The notes beneath the pieces were generated by a model. The model was not told the origin of the DNA. It made no database searches and saw nothing but the letters and a program-made list of their open reading frames with translations. DNA of 64,000 nucleotides, taken from positions 32,001 through 96,000 of IMG/VR virus record IMGVR_UViG_3300046000_004279, one strand, 5' to 3'. Both the position numbers and the translations under genes were made by a program. Shown one piece after another: positions 24,040-34,402 of the stretch. The first letter of the stretch is position 1. Every line of letters starts with the position of its first letter. Origin of the DNA: a virus.

Positions 24040-24409
24040 AATTGAATGTGAATGGATGCAGAGTAAAAGAATCCTTGTCAATCCTGATGGTCAAGTGTGG
24101 CCTTGTTGTTATCTTGCTAACAGTACATACATGCGTGCTGCATTAGGTTATCCAGAATCTTATACATCAAAAGAGACGTATAGAATTGAAAATCAGATTA
24201 TAAACCTTGAAGATGCTGCTGTACGTACTGGCCAACAGGTTCTGTTAAAAGAATATTTTGATGAGAAAGAACAGTATAATATATTCAATCATACGATTGA
24301 TGAGATTGTTGAATCAAAGTGGTTTGCTGAGACATTACCAAAATCATGGGACGAACCAGAAAGAGTGCTATATCAATGCAAGATCAATTGTTCGAAATCG
24401 GAAACCTAA
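24029..24409 (+). CDS. Stand-alone SPASM/twitch domain protein
   Basis: CEW...VNPDGQVWPCC...CKINC. Confidence 0.8.
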   Translation: MSCKIECEWMQSKRILVNPDGQVWPCCYLANSTYMRAALGYPESYTSKETYRIENQIINLEDAAVRTGQQVLLKEYFDEKEQYNIFNHTIDEIVESKWFAETLPKSWDEPERVLYQCKINCSKSET

Positions 24410-25443
24410 AGACTAGGTGTAAAGCGCCGTTTAACAATCTGTACTTCTCTACATTCGGCAAAGCGGGCCCGTGCTGGCTGCAAGTTAATGTCACATCAGA
24501 TTGGAGTCACACAACATCAATCAAAGACATATGGAACGGACCTGAGTTTAACAAGATCCGCGAAGATCTACTCAACGACAAGTTTTGCGGTAAATGTGAG
24601 ATCTGCAAGACAAACTGGGATGACAACGTTTGGCCCCTCGCGCAGGCGTATGACAAGTTTGGTGTACAAGGATATCCCGAATGGCCATCTTTGTTTGAGT
24701 TAGAGTTAAGCAACCAATGTAATCTTGAGTGCACGATGTGCAGTGGATATCTAAGCAGTGGTATTCGTAAGAATAGAGAAAAACTGCCACCACTACCAAT
24801 GATGTATGATCAGACATTCGTTGATCAGTTGACCGAGTTTGTTCCACATCTGGAAGAAGTACGATTCAATGGTGGTGAGCCATTTGCTCAGAAGATTGTG
24901 CTTGACATTTGTGACATGGTTGCGGGAATCAATCCAGGATTGAAGATCAACATTGCGACCAACGGAACAGTATACAACAAACGCGTTGAGAAGATCCTAC
25001 GCCAGAACAATGTACACATGAATGTCAGTATTGACAGCTTGATAAAGGAAAGATATGAAGCAATTCGTATCAATGCAAACTTTGATCAGCTAATGGCTAA
25101 CTTTGAGATCTTCCACAAGTATAGTATGGAAGGAAATAAAGAGATGGCTGTAATGGTAAATCCAATGCGCAACAATTGGGATGAGATGGTTGACTTTTTG
25201 CAGTTTGCAAATGATCGTAACATAAATCTTTGGTACAACACAATCAAGTATCCTGAGCATCTTGCAATATGGAATCTTGATTGTGATAAGTTGGTGGAAA
25301 TATGTGATACTCTATCTGTAAAGTTAGATCAATACACGCGAAGTGTTAAACATCGTAAGTTCGACAAAGATAACACCTCTACGACTAAGCATTTGATTGA
25401 GAAACAAATAAAGACATGGTTGTTGGATAGCTACACAAGATGA
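24346..25443 (+). CDS. Twitch/SPASM-radical SAM protein
   Basis: CKAPF...GPCW...CEIC; CNLECTMC; FNGGEP; start may be 24376. Confidence 0.9.
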   Translation: MGRTRKSAISMQDQLFEIGNLKTRCKAPFNNLYFSTFGKAGPCWLQVNVTSDWSHTTSIKDIWNGPEFNKIREDLLNDKFCGKCEICKTNWDDNVWPLAQAYDKFGVQGYPEWPSLFELELSNQCNLECTMCSGYLSSGIRKNREKLPPLPMMYDQTFVDQLTEFVPHLEEVRFNGGEPFAQKIVLDICDMVAGINPGLKINIATNGTVYNKRVEKILRQNNVHMNVSIDSLIKERYEAIRINANFDQLMANFEIFHKYSMEGNKEMAVMVNPMRNNWDEMVDFLQFANDRNINLWYNTIKYPEHLAIWNLDCDKLVEICDTLSVKLDQYTRSVKHRKFDKDNTSTTKHLIEKQIKTWLLDSYTR

Positions 25444-26672
25444 GTCAAAAAGAATTTGAAAAGCGTAAAAAATATCTTTGCAAGGCCCCGTTTTCAGGTC
25501 TCACTGTTAACCCAACGGGATCTATAACTCTATGTTGTAGTGGTGGACCAGTAACAACTCCTCTTGGTCATATTAGTAAAGTTGACAGTCTTCAACAGTT
25601 TTACAACAGTGAGATAATGGAAAATGTTCGCATTCTTCACGAAAACAAAGCTATAGAACAATCTGTCTGTGCGGGTTGTTATAGACAATATGCTGCTGGA
25701 AAACACAATATGATGGCCATTTTTAACAACTATTGGCATTGGTCTCGAAACAATTTTGATAATGATTGGTATGCTAGAAAAGACGGTATAGATCGGCCAT
25801 TGAGATTTCTTGAATATACGTGTAGCAACATTTGTAATCAAACGTGCGCGTCCTGTAGCAGTTGGTTTAGCTCTAAGTGGCGCGACTATGAGTTAGCATT
25901 TACTCTCGACCAACAACATAAATTCGACAAAACCCCTAAACCCATTTTGAGGTTGGGGGAAACGGATATTGATAAGATCATTGATGTTCTTCCCCACTTA
26001 GATTTTCTATCAATGAAGGGGGGCGAACCTTGGGCGGATAAGAACAACGTTAAAATTCTTCAAAAATTGCTAGAAGTTAATCCATCATGCACTGTCGATA
26101 TTGTTTCTAATATGCAATCAATTCCAGAAAGCACTTGGAAAATGCTTGGTGATGTGGACCATAGTTTAACAAAGCTTTGGTTATCCGCTAGTATAGATGG
26201 TGTAGGTGAAGAGTATAATTGGATTCGCGGCGGAAATTTCAACAAAACGGTTGAAAATCTTGAAAGATGGCATGAAGTTACAAAAAAGAAAATTCGCATT
26301 AATCCTTTTGTGTCGATCTTTAACTTTTTTTCTCTAGACAAGATTGTAGATTATTTCGTATCAAAACCTTATGTTGTAGGTGTTAATATTTCTAATATAG
26401 GCACTTACCCCACATATATTAAATCTCAAAATCTACCAAAATATATAATATTTGAAAAACAAGAATATTATAGAACTAAGTTTAAATCTTACGACCAAAG
26501 CAAATTATTTTGCACCCCTTTATTAGACGATATGAACGAAAGGGAAACTAATTTTATAGAATTAAAAAAATCATTTGAGTGGATTGAAGTTGTTAACAAG
26601 ATGAGAGGTTTTGATTTGTTGGATCATGTTCCTGAATTAAAACGTATCAAAGAAGTTATTTGCGATGGGTGA
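25440..26672 (+). CDS. Twitch/SPASM-radical SAM protein
   Basis: CKAPF...LCC...CAGC; CNQTCASC; MKGGEP. Confidence 0.9.
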   Translation: MSQKEFEKRKKYLCKAPFSGLTVNPTGSITLCCSGGPVTTPLGHISKVDSLQQFYNSEIMENVRILHENKAIEQSVCAGCYRQYAAGKHNMMAIFNNYWHWSRNNFDNDWYARKDGIDRPLRFLEYTCSNICNQTCASCSSWFSSKWRDYELAFTLDQQHKFDKTPKPILRLGETDIDKIIDVLPHLDFLSMKGGEPWADKNNVKILQKLLEVNPSCTVDIVSNMQSIPESTWKMLGDVDHSLTKLWLSASIDGVGEEYNWIRGGNFNKTVENLERWHEVTKKKIRINPFVSIFNFFSLDKIVDYFVSKPYVVGVNISNIGTYPTYIKSQNLPKYIIFEKQEYYRTKFKSYDQSKLFCTPLLDDMNERETNFIELKKSFEWIEVVNKMRGFDLLDHVPELKRIKEVICDG

Positions 26673-28011
26673 TCAGACATTAACAGGTCTATCATATGGA
26701 TTCCATGATGCAGCCATCACTGTTATTGATGGCGATAAAATTATAGAATGTCATCACGCAGAACGATTCTCTAAGATCAAAAACGATCACAATCTTTGGC
26801 CCGAGTTCAAAACCTATGGTAAGACTGCCTACTATGAACGACCGTTTCTAAAGAACACTCGTAGATTGTTTGCAGGTCAGTCTTGGGTTAAGAAACCAAA
26901 ACACGACTATTACGTTCCACATCATTGGTCACACGTTGCTGCTGGATACTACACGAGACCGTTCGTTGAAGAACCTGTATGTGTTGTGATTGACGCCGTT
27001 GGCGAATGGGACACCGCATCTATTTGGTGGAAAAAGCAGAAGGTGTGGTCAACAAAATACCCTAGATCTCTTGGTCTGTTGTATAGTGCCATTACCGACT
27101 ACGTTGGTTTGAAACCAATGGAAGATGAATACATTCTTATGGGGATGGCTGCATATGGCAACTACAGCATTAGGTTAGAAGATGCTATACAGAATCTTAT
27201 GAAGACCAACCTACACAAAGGATGTCGTTGGGATTATCGACATCTTGGTCAAAACTATAATGACCTTGCTGCAACTGTTCAAAGTGTGCTAGAAGATAAG
27301 ATTGTAGAGATTATGGCAATCGCTCGTCAATACTCAAACTATTTGTGTTACGGTGGTGGAGTGGCTCTCAATTGTGTAGCAAACTCAAAGATCCGACCAA
27401 TGTTCACAGATGTGTGGATCTTTCCTAGCCCTAGTGATAGTGGCAGTGCATTAGGAGCTGCTGCTGCAATCAACGACAGGATCTTAGATTGGCAAGGACC
27501 TTATCTTGGTTACGACATTAATAGGGAAATCAATCCAAAAGAAGTAGCACAATATCTCGTTGAAAATAGTGTCTGTGGTGTTGCAAATGGTCGTGCAGAG
27601 TTTGGACCTCGTGCGTTAGGCAACCGTAGTCTTTTGGCTGATTGTAGACTGCCAATCAACGATACGGTTAACACAATCAAAAAGCGGCAGAAGTTTAGAC
27701 CATTCGCCCCCGCAATACTAGCAGAGTTTGCTGATCAGTACTTTGATGGTCCAATGAATGAATATATGCAGTTTGTTGCGAAAGCAAAGCACGACTACAG
27801 ATCTGTTACTCACGTTGACGGAACATCGCGAGTTCAGTTGGTAAAGGCTAACTGCAAGTCGGTGTTGAGACCAATACTTGAAGAGTGGTACGAGTTAACG
27901 GGTTGCCCTATGTTGCTAAACACCAGCCTAAATATAAAAGGTCAGCCTTTGGTAAACGATTGGAATGATGCAGAGGCTTTTGCAACTACAAATAAAGTAA
28001 AGGTTTTTTAA
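26665..28011 (+). CDS. Carbamoyltransferase (NodU/CmcH family)
   Basis: HDAA, ERFSKIK, HHWSH, GGVALNC, EFGPRALGNRS, RPFAP, HVDGTSR, LNTSLN. Confidence 0.93.
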   Translation: MGDQTLTGLSYGFHDAAITVIDGDKIIECHHAERFSKIKNDHNLWPEFKTYGKTAYYERPFLKNTRRLFAGQSWVKKPKHDYYVPHHWSHVAAGYYTRPFVEEPVCVVIDAVGEWDTASIWWKKQKVWSTKYPRSLGLLYSAITDYVGLKPMEDEYILMGMAAYGNYSIRLEDAIQNLMKTNLHKGCRWDYRHLGQNYNDLAATVQSVLEDKIVEIMAIARQYSNYLCYGGGVALNCVANSKIRPMFTDVWIFPSPSDSGSALGAAAAINDRILDWQGPYLGYDINREINPKEVAQYLVENSVCGVANGRAEFGPRALGNRSLLADCRLPINDTVNTIKKRQKFRPFAPAILAEFADQYFDGPMNEYMQFVAKAKHDYRSVTHVDGTSRVQLVKANCKSVLRPILEEWYELTGCPMLLNTSLNIKGQPLVNDWNDAEAFATTNKVKVF

Positions 28012-28839
28012 ATGAGTTATTTGCTAGCATCGGGATGTAGTTGGACTGACGCCAATTTTAAATCTCCTATTATACCAACCTATGATGTTTCATTTCCAAA
28101 GTGGCCAGCGGTGCTAGGTGAAAAAATGGGAATACAAAAAGTTGTAAATGTTGGCGTTAACGGCGCATCTAACGATTCTATTTTTAAAAAATGTTACGAT
28201 GAGATTTCTAAACAAAAACCAAAGTTGGTGTGTATATTAATTACCGATTGGTCAAGACATTCTGTTTTTGATAGTTACGCTTTAAACATTATTCATCTTT
28301 TAGCAACAGACCGTTCTGTAGCGAACGATGATTTATCCGAAGAGTTGTATTTGCTGCGCGAATGGGTAGGACATGAACATGATGCTGTGCAGTTTGCTAA
28401 ACATTTATGGTCATCCACTTTATGTGTAGAAGATATTGTAAGAAATACGTTGCGAGAAATTTGGTTGTTCCAGAATTTTTGTCAACACAACAATATTGAT
28501 TATATTATAATGTCAGGATTGAATCCTATTTATGATTACGGTTTAACTCTTTTAAATAGATTTGAATCCGCCGATTCGACAATTACAAATTTTAGTAGTT
28601 ATATAAAACAGACTCTAACTTCCCCCTATGCAGATAAACTCAATGATAAGAATTTGCTTGGATGGCCATTCTTTGCAGAAATTGGTGGATATAGCGTTTG
28701 GTCAGATTGGGCAGACAAGGGATACGACGATGTTTTTGTCCATAAAGATTTTGATAGTCACCCCAATGGTTTAGGTCATCAACTAATAGCAGAAATGTTT
28801 TATAAAGGATATCAAGACATATATGGTAAAATATCTTAA
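28012..28839 (+). CDS. SGNH/GDSL hydrolase-like protein
   Basis: GCSWT, G.NGASND, DSHPNGLGH. Confidence 0.65.
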   Translation: MSYLLASGCSWTDANFKSPIIPTYDVSFPKWPAVLGEKMGIQKVVNVGVNGASNDSIFKKCYDEISKQKPKLVCILITDWSRHSVFDSYALNIIHLLATDRSVANDDLSEELYLLREWVGHEHDAVQFAKHLWSSTLCVEDIVRNTLREIWLFQNFCQHNNIDYIIMSGLNPIYDYGLTLLNRFESADSTITNFSSYIKQTLTSPYADKLNDKNLLGWPFFAEIGGYSVWSDWADKGYDDVFVHKDFDSHPNGLGHQLIAEMFYKGYQDIYGKIS

Positions 28840-28938
28840 ATATCATTTGACAATTATAAGAATGTACTATAATATATGGTTTAAACGTAAAAAACGCAAA
28901 CCAAATCAACTTTACATTTATGAACAACGCAAGGATAA

Positions 28939-29163
28939 GTGATGTTTACAGCGATAGTTTTAATGTGCACAACAGAGATGTGGTGCTACACAATTGTTCA
29001 AGAACAAGGGTTCTACGAATCTGAGAAGCAGTGTGTTGCAGCGATTGAAGAGTTGCTAACCAATGAAGAGTTTGATCCTGTGTATCGTTTTTACGAAGAA
29101 GGTCAAACGTTCGATGTGTACAGTTCAGAATGCGTTGAGTGGAAATTCTCGCGACCAACATAA
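28939..29163 (+). CDS. Hypothetical protein
   Basis: AAGGA RBS; upstream TTGACA promoter at 28847. Confidence 0.6.
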   Translation: MMFTAIVLMCTTEMWCYTIVQEQGFYESEKQCVAAIEELLTNEEFDPVYRFYEEGQTFDVYSSECVEWKFSRPT

Positions 29164-29169
29164 AACCTC

Positions 29170-29198
29170 TTGCCTTTCTGATCTAGATACTCTATAAT
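29170..29198 (+). promoter_or_regulatory. Sigma70-type promoter
   Basis: TTGCCT-N17-TATAAT. Confidence 0.6.
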
Positions 29199-29229
29199 AT
29201 TAGTATAGAAAGGAATCATTGGTGTAATT

Positions 29230-29715
29230 ATGTTCACTGATCGTCAAGTTGAAGAAATCGTAGATCTACTCGCTGGCTTGGAAAAGACTTCGCGTGTATA
29301 TCTTGGTTGCGATTCGGTTCGTTACCGTAGAGATAATGCGAATTGGGCTCGCTACGCTACCGTTGCAATCGTTCACATGAACGGTAAGAACGGCTGCCGT
29401 GTGTTCCACACTATCTCACACGAACCAGATTACGATGCAAAGAAGAACCGTCCAAAGGTTCGTATGATGAACGAAGTTGCAAAAGTTTGTAACTTGTACA
29501 ACCAACTAATCCCTTTTATTGATGAGTACAATGTTGAGATTCATCTTGACATTAATACAGACCCCAAGCACGGCTCGAACTGTGCTGCTACCGAAGCTGC
29601 TGGTTACGTTCTTGGTATGACTGGTGTTGAACCTAAGCTCAAGCCAGAAAGCTGGGCTGCTAGCTTTGGTGCAGACGGTATCGTACATGGTCGTGGTATT
29701 AGAGAGGAAGCATAA
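29230..29715 (+). CDS. RNase H-like YkuK family protein
   Basis: VYLGCDS, EIHLDIN...HGS, KPESWAASFGAD. Confidence 0.8.
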   Translation: MFTDRQVEEIVDLLAGLEKTSRVYLGCDSVRYRRDNANWARYATVAIVHMNGKNGCRVFHTISHEPDYDAKKNRPKVRMMNEVAKVCNLYNQLIPFIDEYNVEIHLDINTDPKHGSNCAATEAAGYVLGMTGVEPKLKPESWAASFGADGIVHGRGIREEA

Positions 29716-30473
29716 TGAAGGTTGTACTGGTCACTGGTGGATTTGATCCTATTCATAGTGGACATATCGAGTACTTTAAGGAAGCTGCTCAACACGGTGA
29801 CTTGGTAGTTGTTGGGTTAAACTCAGATGAATGGCTGACTCGTAAGAAAGGTCAGCCATTTATGTCTTTTGCTGAACGCAAAGCTGTTATTGAAACTTTG
29901 TGGATGGTTGATGAAGTAATTGCATTTGATGATACAGATAACACCGCTTGTAAAGCTATTGAGTATCTTCTTGAAGATCCTAACATTTCAATTATATTTG
30001 CCAATGGTGGAGATCGTACAAACACATCAACGCCTGAGTACGAACGATTCAAAGATAACCCTCGTGTCGAGTTTGCGTGGGGTGTTGGTGGTCGAGATAA
30101 GAAGAACAGCTCAAGTTGGGTTCTAGATAACTGGAAGAACGCTAAAACAATCCGACCGTGGGGTTGGTATCGTGTTCTTGATGATAAAGATGGATACAAA
30201 GTCAAAGAGCTTGTAATCCAGCCTAGCCAAAGTCTATCTGACCAGCGACATATGCTACGTAATGAGTACTGGTATGTCCTAAGTGGCTGTTGTAAAATTG
30301 ATATAGAGTCGCTACACTTTAGAAAGACGTTCGAGCTCTATCAGCTTAGTGAGGGGTTGGATATTCCTGTGAACACGTGGCATAGAGCATATAACGATAC
30401 AGACAAACCTTGCCATATTCTTGAGGTGCAGTTTGGATCAAAATGTGTTGAAGATGATATTGAAAGGAGATAA
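29715..30473 (+). CDS. Cytidylyltransferase fused to a cupin (mannose-6-P isomerase-like) domain
   Basis: TGGFDPIHSGH, FANGGDR; RPWGWY, SLSDQRH..RNEYW, EDDIER. Confidence 0.88.
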   Translation: MKVVLVTGGFDPIHSGHIEYFKEAAQHGDLVVVGLNSDEWLTRKKGQPFMSFAERKAVIETLWMVDEVIAFDDTDNTACKAIEYLLEDPNISIIFANGGDRTNTSTPEYERFKDNPRVEFAWGVGGRDKKNSSSWVLDNWKNAKTIRPWGWYRVLDDKDGYKVKELVIQPSQSLSDQRHMLRNEYWYVLSGCCKIDIESLHFRKTFELYQLSEGLDIPVNTWHRAYNDTDKPCHILEVQFGSKCVEDDIERR

Positions 30474-30475
30474 CA

Positions 30476-30715
30476 ATGGCTAATATAGATGTAACCGTTG
30501 ACATTGACATTGAAGACTATCTTGATGAGGTTGATGATCAGGATCTTGCTGATGAACTATCAAGTCGTGGATGGTTTGTTGGCGAGACTAAAGATTGGTC
30601 ACCGCCAAACGAAGAGTTGACTTATGAAGAGATAAATGTTATACTTGAACTGTTCCAAATGGCTTTGCCTGGAACGATTCGTTATGAAATCTATGAGAAG
30701 TTGAGAAAGCGATGA
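30476..30715 (+). CDS. Hypothetical acidic protein
   Basis: AGGAG RBS. Confidence 0.6.
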   Translation: MANIDVTVDIDIEDYLDEVDDQDLADELSSRGWFVGETKDWSPPNEELTYEEINVILELFQMALPGTIRYEIYEKLRKR

Positions 30716-31146
30716 ACATTGCCCACCACCCCTTGTTTAACACTACCACCATTGCCGAATATTATTCAGAAATTGATGGTGTTCCTGTAAAATATGTCTG
30801 CACCTCTGCATTAACCAGTGATGCTAACTGGGCCGTAGACATCTTCTATCGTGAAACGCCACATCCCAAACATGGTAACCGATACTTTGGTATCTACAAG
30901 GATTCATACAATCTTGTTATGATTTGTAATGCTGATAAGATTGAGGATCTTAGGTTTAGTATGATTGAAGGGCCCAGTGGTTGGGAATACTCTCAACACC
31001 GTCATGATTATCGGCAAGTTGGTCAGGCTGCTATTGATGGTGGTCGTTCATATGTTAGATTGGTTGGCTATGGCAATGCTCAGATAAAAGTCGAAGTTAT
31101 GAAGGTCAAAGATGGACAATTTGTGAAAGTTGCACATGAGGCATGA
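30712..31146 (+). CDS. Hypothetical protein
   Basis: YSQHRHDY...AIDGGRSY.R motif. Confidence 0.7.
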   Translation: MNIAHHPLFNTTTIAEYYSEIDGVPVKYVCTSALTSDANWAVDIFYRETPHPKHGNRYFGIYKDSYNLVMICNADKIEDLRFSMIEGPSGWEYSQHRHDYRQVGQAAIDGGRSYVRLVGYGNAQIKVEVMKVKDGQFVKVAHEA

Positions 31147-31321
31147 AGTGCTCATTCCACAACCACTCTCAGACTGGGTCTGTTACCTCAGTGGTGATCC
31201 ATCTAAACCTATGGGTTCGGTGACGTACAGACCGCCTAAAGACAGAGAACCAAAATGGTTCAATAGAAAAATGCAGGAATTCTTTTTTGGAATTAAATGG
31301 TATAAACATGAAAAAAGATAA
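31136..31321 (+). CDS. Hypothetical protein
   Basis: PKWFNRKMQEFFFGIKW. Confidence 0.55.
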   Translation: MRHEVLIPQPLSDWVCYLSGDPSKPMGSVTYRPPKDREPKWFNRKMQEFFFGIKWYKHEKR

Positions 31322-32480
31322 TATCACAGAAACATCACAGGATTACTACAACAAGATAATCACAACACTTAATAATCCTCTCAATCTTACTAAAGAACTG
31401 GTAGAACAAATGCCAGAACCTAAGGAATATCCAAATTCTAAATTTGTTGAGAGAGTGATAGTTCCACGTTCTTTGGTTAATTATGACAGATCAAAACAAC
31501 CTAGGGATAAACTTAACGATAAAAAACACTTACAAGATCTCAAGAACGATTATGAGGTTTATGGTATTCGAACGGAAAAATATCCACCTATTGTTAAGAA
31601 ATCAACTGACAGCACAAATGAACATCTTCTAGAAGGTGTTGGAGGGTGGCATCGTAACGAAACTCTGTCACAAATTGACCAAGAGTTTTATGTCTATGAC
31701 ATCTACAAGTTCGATTCTCCTTGGGCAGAACGTGTCGTGAGGAATGGATCTAACTGGTCAACTGGGCCCGCCAAGACACAGTCTCGAAATGACTACATAA
31801 AAGAGATTTGTAATGCTGTAGAAGCTGGTGAAATTTCATCTGATGAAGAATCTATTGATAAAGCAATCGAAGAAATTGCAGCAGATACTACAGCAAAAAC
31901 CCGTAGATTTATCAAGAAAGAAGTAATTGCAAATACTCAAGTAATTGCTAACTTCCGTACATATAATCCTGAAGGTGGTCTGAAATCCAATAACTCAGTT
32001 AAATACTTCTGCCATGAACAAGGTATTCCTTTTGCTGGTACAGAGGGTCGTACTGACCAAGAGGTGATTGAGCAAGGTTGTATTATTTACTTCGCATCAA
32101 ATACCAACAACTTCTCTACATGGGGCCGAGGTTGGTTCAATGCTGCTAAGTATGGTGTACCCATCATAATTTTTGCATATCTTGAAGAAAGAGCTGGTGA
32201 CATTATTAAAGCACGAGAAGAAAAACTGAATGAGTTCATCAAACTGAAACAAATGTGGGTTTCTGAAATCTTCAAAGTTGCTAGTGTGGATAATACTGGA
32301 GAAGACCACTATTTCCCCATTAAATTGGGCGGATTTCTTCCTCAGAATATTATGCCTGACAATGTAAACCGTGGGTTACCTACTGAAACAACACTAGTCG
32401 ATGTTGAAGGTAACACTATCGAGTTTAACCCTGAGATGCGATGCTTGTCTGAAAGTAGTAATATTGGAGGCGTCAAATGA
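31308..32480 (+). CDS. Hypothetical protein with possible ParB/Srx-like N-terminal domain
   Basis: QPR...L..D...G...PPIV...GGWHR. Confidence 0.5.
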   Translation: MKKDNITETSQDYYNKIITTLNNPLNLTKELVEQMPEPKEYPNSKFVERVIVPRSLVNYDRSKQPRDKLNDKKHLQDLKNDYEVYGIRTEKYPPIVKKSTDSTNEHLLEGVGGWHRNETLSQIDQEFYVYDIYKFDSPWAERVVRNGSNWSTGPAKTQSRNDYIKEICNAVEAGEISSDEESIDKAIEEIAADTTAKTRRFIKKEVIANTQVIANFRTYNPEGGLKSNNSVKYFCHEQGIPFAGTEGRTDQEVIEQGCIIYFASNTNNFSTWGRGWFNAAKYGVPIIIFAYLEERAGDIIKAREEKLNEFIKLKQMWVSEIFKVASVDNTGEDHYFPIKLGGFLPQNIMPDNVNRGLPTETTLVDVEGNTIEFNPEMRCLSESSNIGGVK

Positions 32481-32516
32481 AAGTCAAAGACGGGATATTA
32501 GTGGGAGTTGCATGGA

Positions 32517-32990
32517 ATGACGTTTGAAGAATGGTTTGATGAACAAGAAGGCGCCGGAACACGGCGTGATAGATTTATTGACGATTTTGTTTTCTGCCAT
32601 CCTTTTTTAGGTAGAGGCAAAGATTGGTTGCACGCTGCATACAATGCTGGGGTCAGAGAGGGGTCTAAACAACCTGTTCCTTTAACTGTTACGACAGTAC
32701 CACACATTAAATACCCAACCCAAGATAACCCGTTTCCGTATCCTCAGCCGTTGCCCACTCCATTCCCTCGACCTATGCCTACCACACCACCTACGCAACC
32801 TGTATGGCCTGGCGTTGTAAGCTGCTCAAAGTGCGGCATTAATTTGGGGGGTGTAATGGGTTATGTTTGCTGTGATCAAGCGTGCCCAACCTTTAGGAAC
32901 GTATGGAGTGGTGGGATCAGTGGTACAATCACTTCGGGGGACACAGGTCCTTATTTTGGTGGTAGTAGCAATCTTGGAAGCGGCAAATGA
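32517..32990 (+). CDS. Hypothetical Pro-rich protein with Cys cluster
   Basis: CSKCG...GYVCCDQACP. Confidence 0.55.
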   Translation: MTFEEWFDEQEGAGTRRDRFIDDFVFCHPFLGRGKDWLHAAYNAGVREGSKQPVPLTVTTVPHIKYPTQDNPFPYPQPLPTPFPRPMPTTPPTQPVWPGVVSCSKCGINLGGVMGYVCCDQACPTFRNVWSGGISGTITSGDTGPYFGGSSNLGSGK

Positions 32991-33526
32991 AAGTATACAT
33001 CGGGCCATATCGTCGGCATTGGTACAGTCATATCCATTATGATTATATGAACAAAAAGTATAATCACGATTGGACTGACAGCACCACCACTTTTGAACAC
33101 CTACTAGAGAAGTATGAAAACTTCTTGGATTGGATCTACAACAATACAATCAACAGGGTCTTTGATCTGCTTAAAGAACAAAAGATCAAGATACGCATCG
33201 ATGACTATGACCTTTGGAGCATGGATGACACTCTTGCTCTTATCATTTCACCTATGTTGAAGAAGCTCAAAGAACAGAAGCACGGGTCATCTTATGTTGA
33301 CAATGACGATGTTCCACCAGATTTGCGGCATCCTGTCACTGATGATCCAGACCACGACAGCTTGATTGAGAAGCGTTGGGCTTATGTGATTGACGAGATG
33401 ATTTGGTCATTTGATCGAAAAATTAAAAATGACTACTTGTACGATGAATCATACAAAGAAGGTCAAATGCGTATGAGCAACGGCTTCCGTTTGTTTGGAA
33501 AATATTACGAATCTTTGTGGGATTAA
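32987..33526 (+). CDS. Conserved hypothetical phage protein
   Basis: MKVYIGPY, DLWSMD.TLA.II.PML, GFRLFGKYYESLWD. Confidence 0.75.
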   Translation: MKVYIGPYRRHWYSHIHYDYMNKKYNHDWTDSTTTFEHLLEKYENFLDWIYNNTINRVFDLLKEQKIKIRIDDYDLWSMDDTLALIISPMLKKLKEQKHGSSYVDNDDVPPDLRHPVTDDPDHDSLIEKRWAYVIDEMIWSFDRKIKNDYLYDESYKEGQMRMSNGFRLFGKYYESLWD

Positions 33527-33559
33527 CTATTATGAAAATGGCAATGAGGTAAAATACGA

Positions 33560-34120
33560 ATGATCAAAGGCGACTTCACACATTGTACATCTTTGCAACA
33601 GTTCTACGACGAGATCGTAGCTGTTCAGAAAGAAGCTCATGGCCAGCTATACACGTCTCACCACGCTGATCTAATTGATCTTATGACGCAATGTAAAACT
33701 TATAAAGAGTTGGGAATCAACCAAGGGGCAACTGCAGCGGCTGTGATGTTGCAGGCTCCAAAGTATATCGAGCTTATCGATATTACACTGACCAACTTTA
33801 ACGAAAACTTACATTTGTTTGAACAGTTTGCTCAAGATAACGATGTTATTCTATCAGTAAAAGAGATTGGTTCAACAGATCCAGAGTTAGAGATCACTGA
33901 GTGTGATTTGTTGTTTGTTGACAGTTTGCATCATGGCTGGCATGTTGAGCAAGAGTTAATTCTGCATGCCCCCATGACAAACAAGTACATTGTTATTCAC
34001 GATACTGATGATAGACCAATGAACCACGCAGTTGCTTTGAAAGTGCTGATGCCATTGGGTTGGAAAGAAGTAAAACGTGACACTCGTGGGTTTGGTCATT
34101 CTATCTTTAAAAGGGTTTAA
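33560..34120 (+). CDS. Class I SAM-dependent methyltransferase-like protein
   Basis: ELGINQGAT, DLLFVDSLH, YIVIHDT. Confidence 0.7.
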   Translation: MIKGDFTHCTSLQQFYDEIVAVQKEAHGQLYTSHHADLIDLMTQCKTYKELGINQGATAAAVMLQAPKYIELIDITLTNFNENLHLFEQFAQDNDVILSVKEIGSTDPELEITECDLLFVDSLHHGWHVEQELILHAPMTNKYIVIHDTDDRPMNHAVALKVLMPLGWKEVKRDTRGFGHSIFKRV

Positions 34121-34122
34121 CA

Positions 34123-34344
34123 ATGTTTAGTGTTGAACATGAGTTTGACAGTTCATCAATCACAGTTTTAGATGACAGCGGCGAACAAGAAGATGTCGCT
34201 GTTATTCTTTTTGATGATGTTGTTTACATTCGTCAATATATTGAAGACACTGACATGGCTTCAGTTATAACGATGACACCGAAAATGTTTGCAGAACTGA
34301 TTGAAGCATATAATTGCAGTGATGGCTCTTTTGTGGTAAGATAA
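34123..34344 (+). CDS. Hypothetical protein
   Basis: 73-aa ORF. Confidence 0.6.
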   Translation: MFSVEHEFDSSSITVLDDSGEQEDVAVILFDDVVYIRQYIEDTDMASVITMTPKMFAELIEAYNCSDGSFVVR

Positions 34345-34402
34345 CTCTTGACAAACTGCTCAACGAGTGTTATGTTAAAGGTGATACTTTAGAGGAAGAA
34401 AA

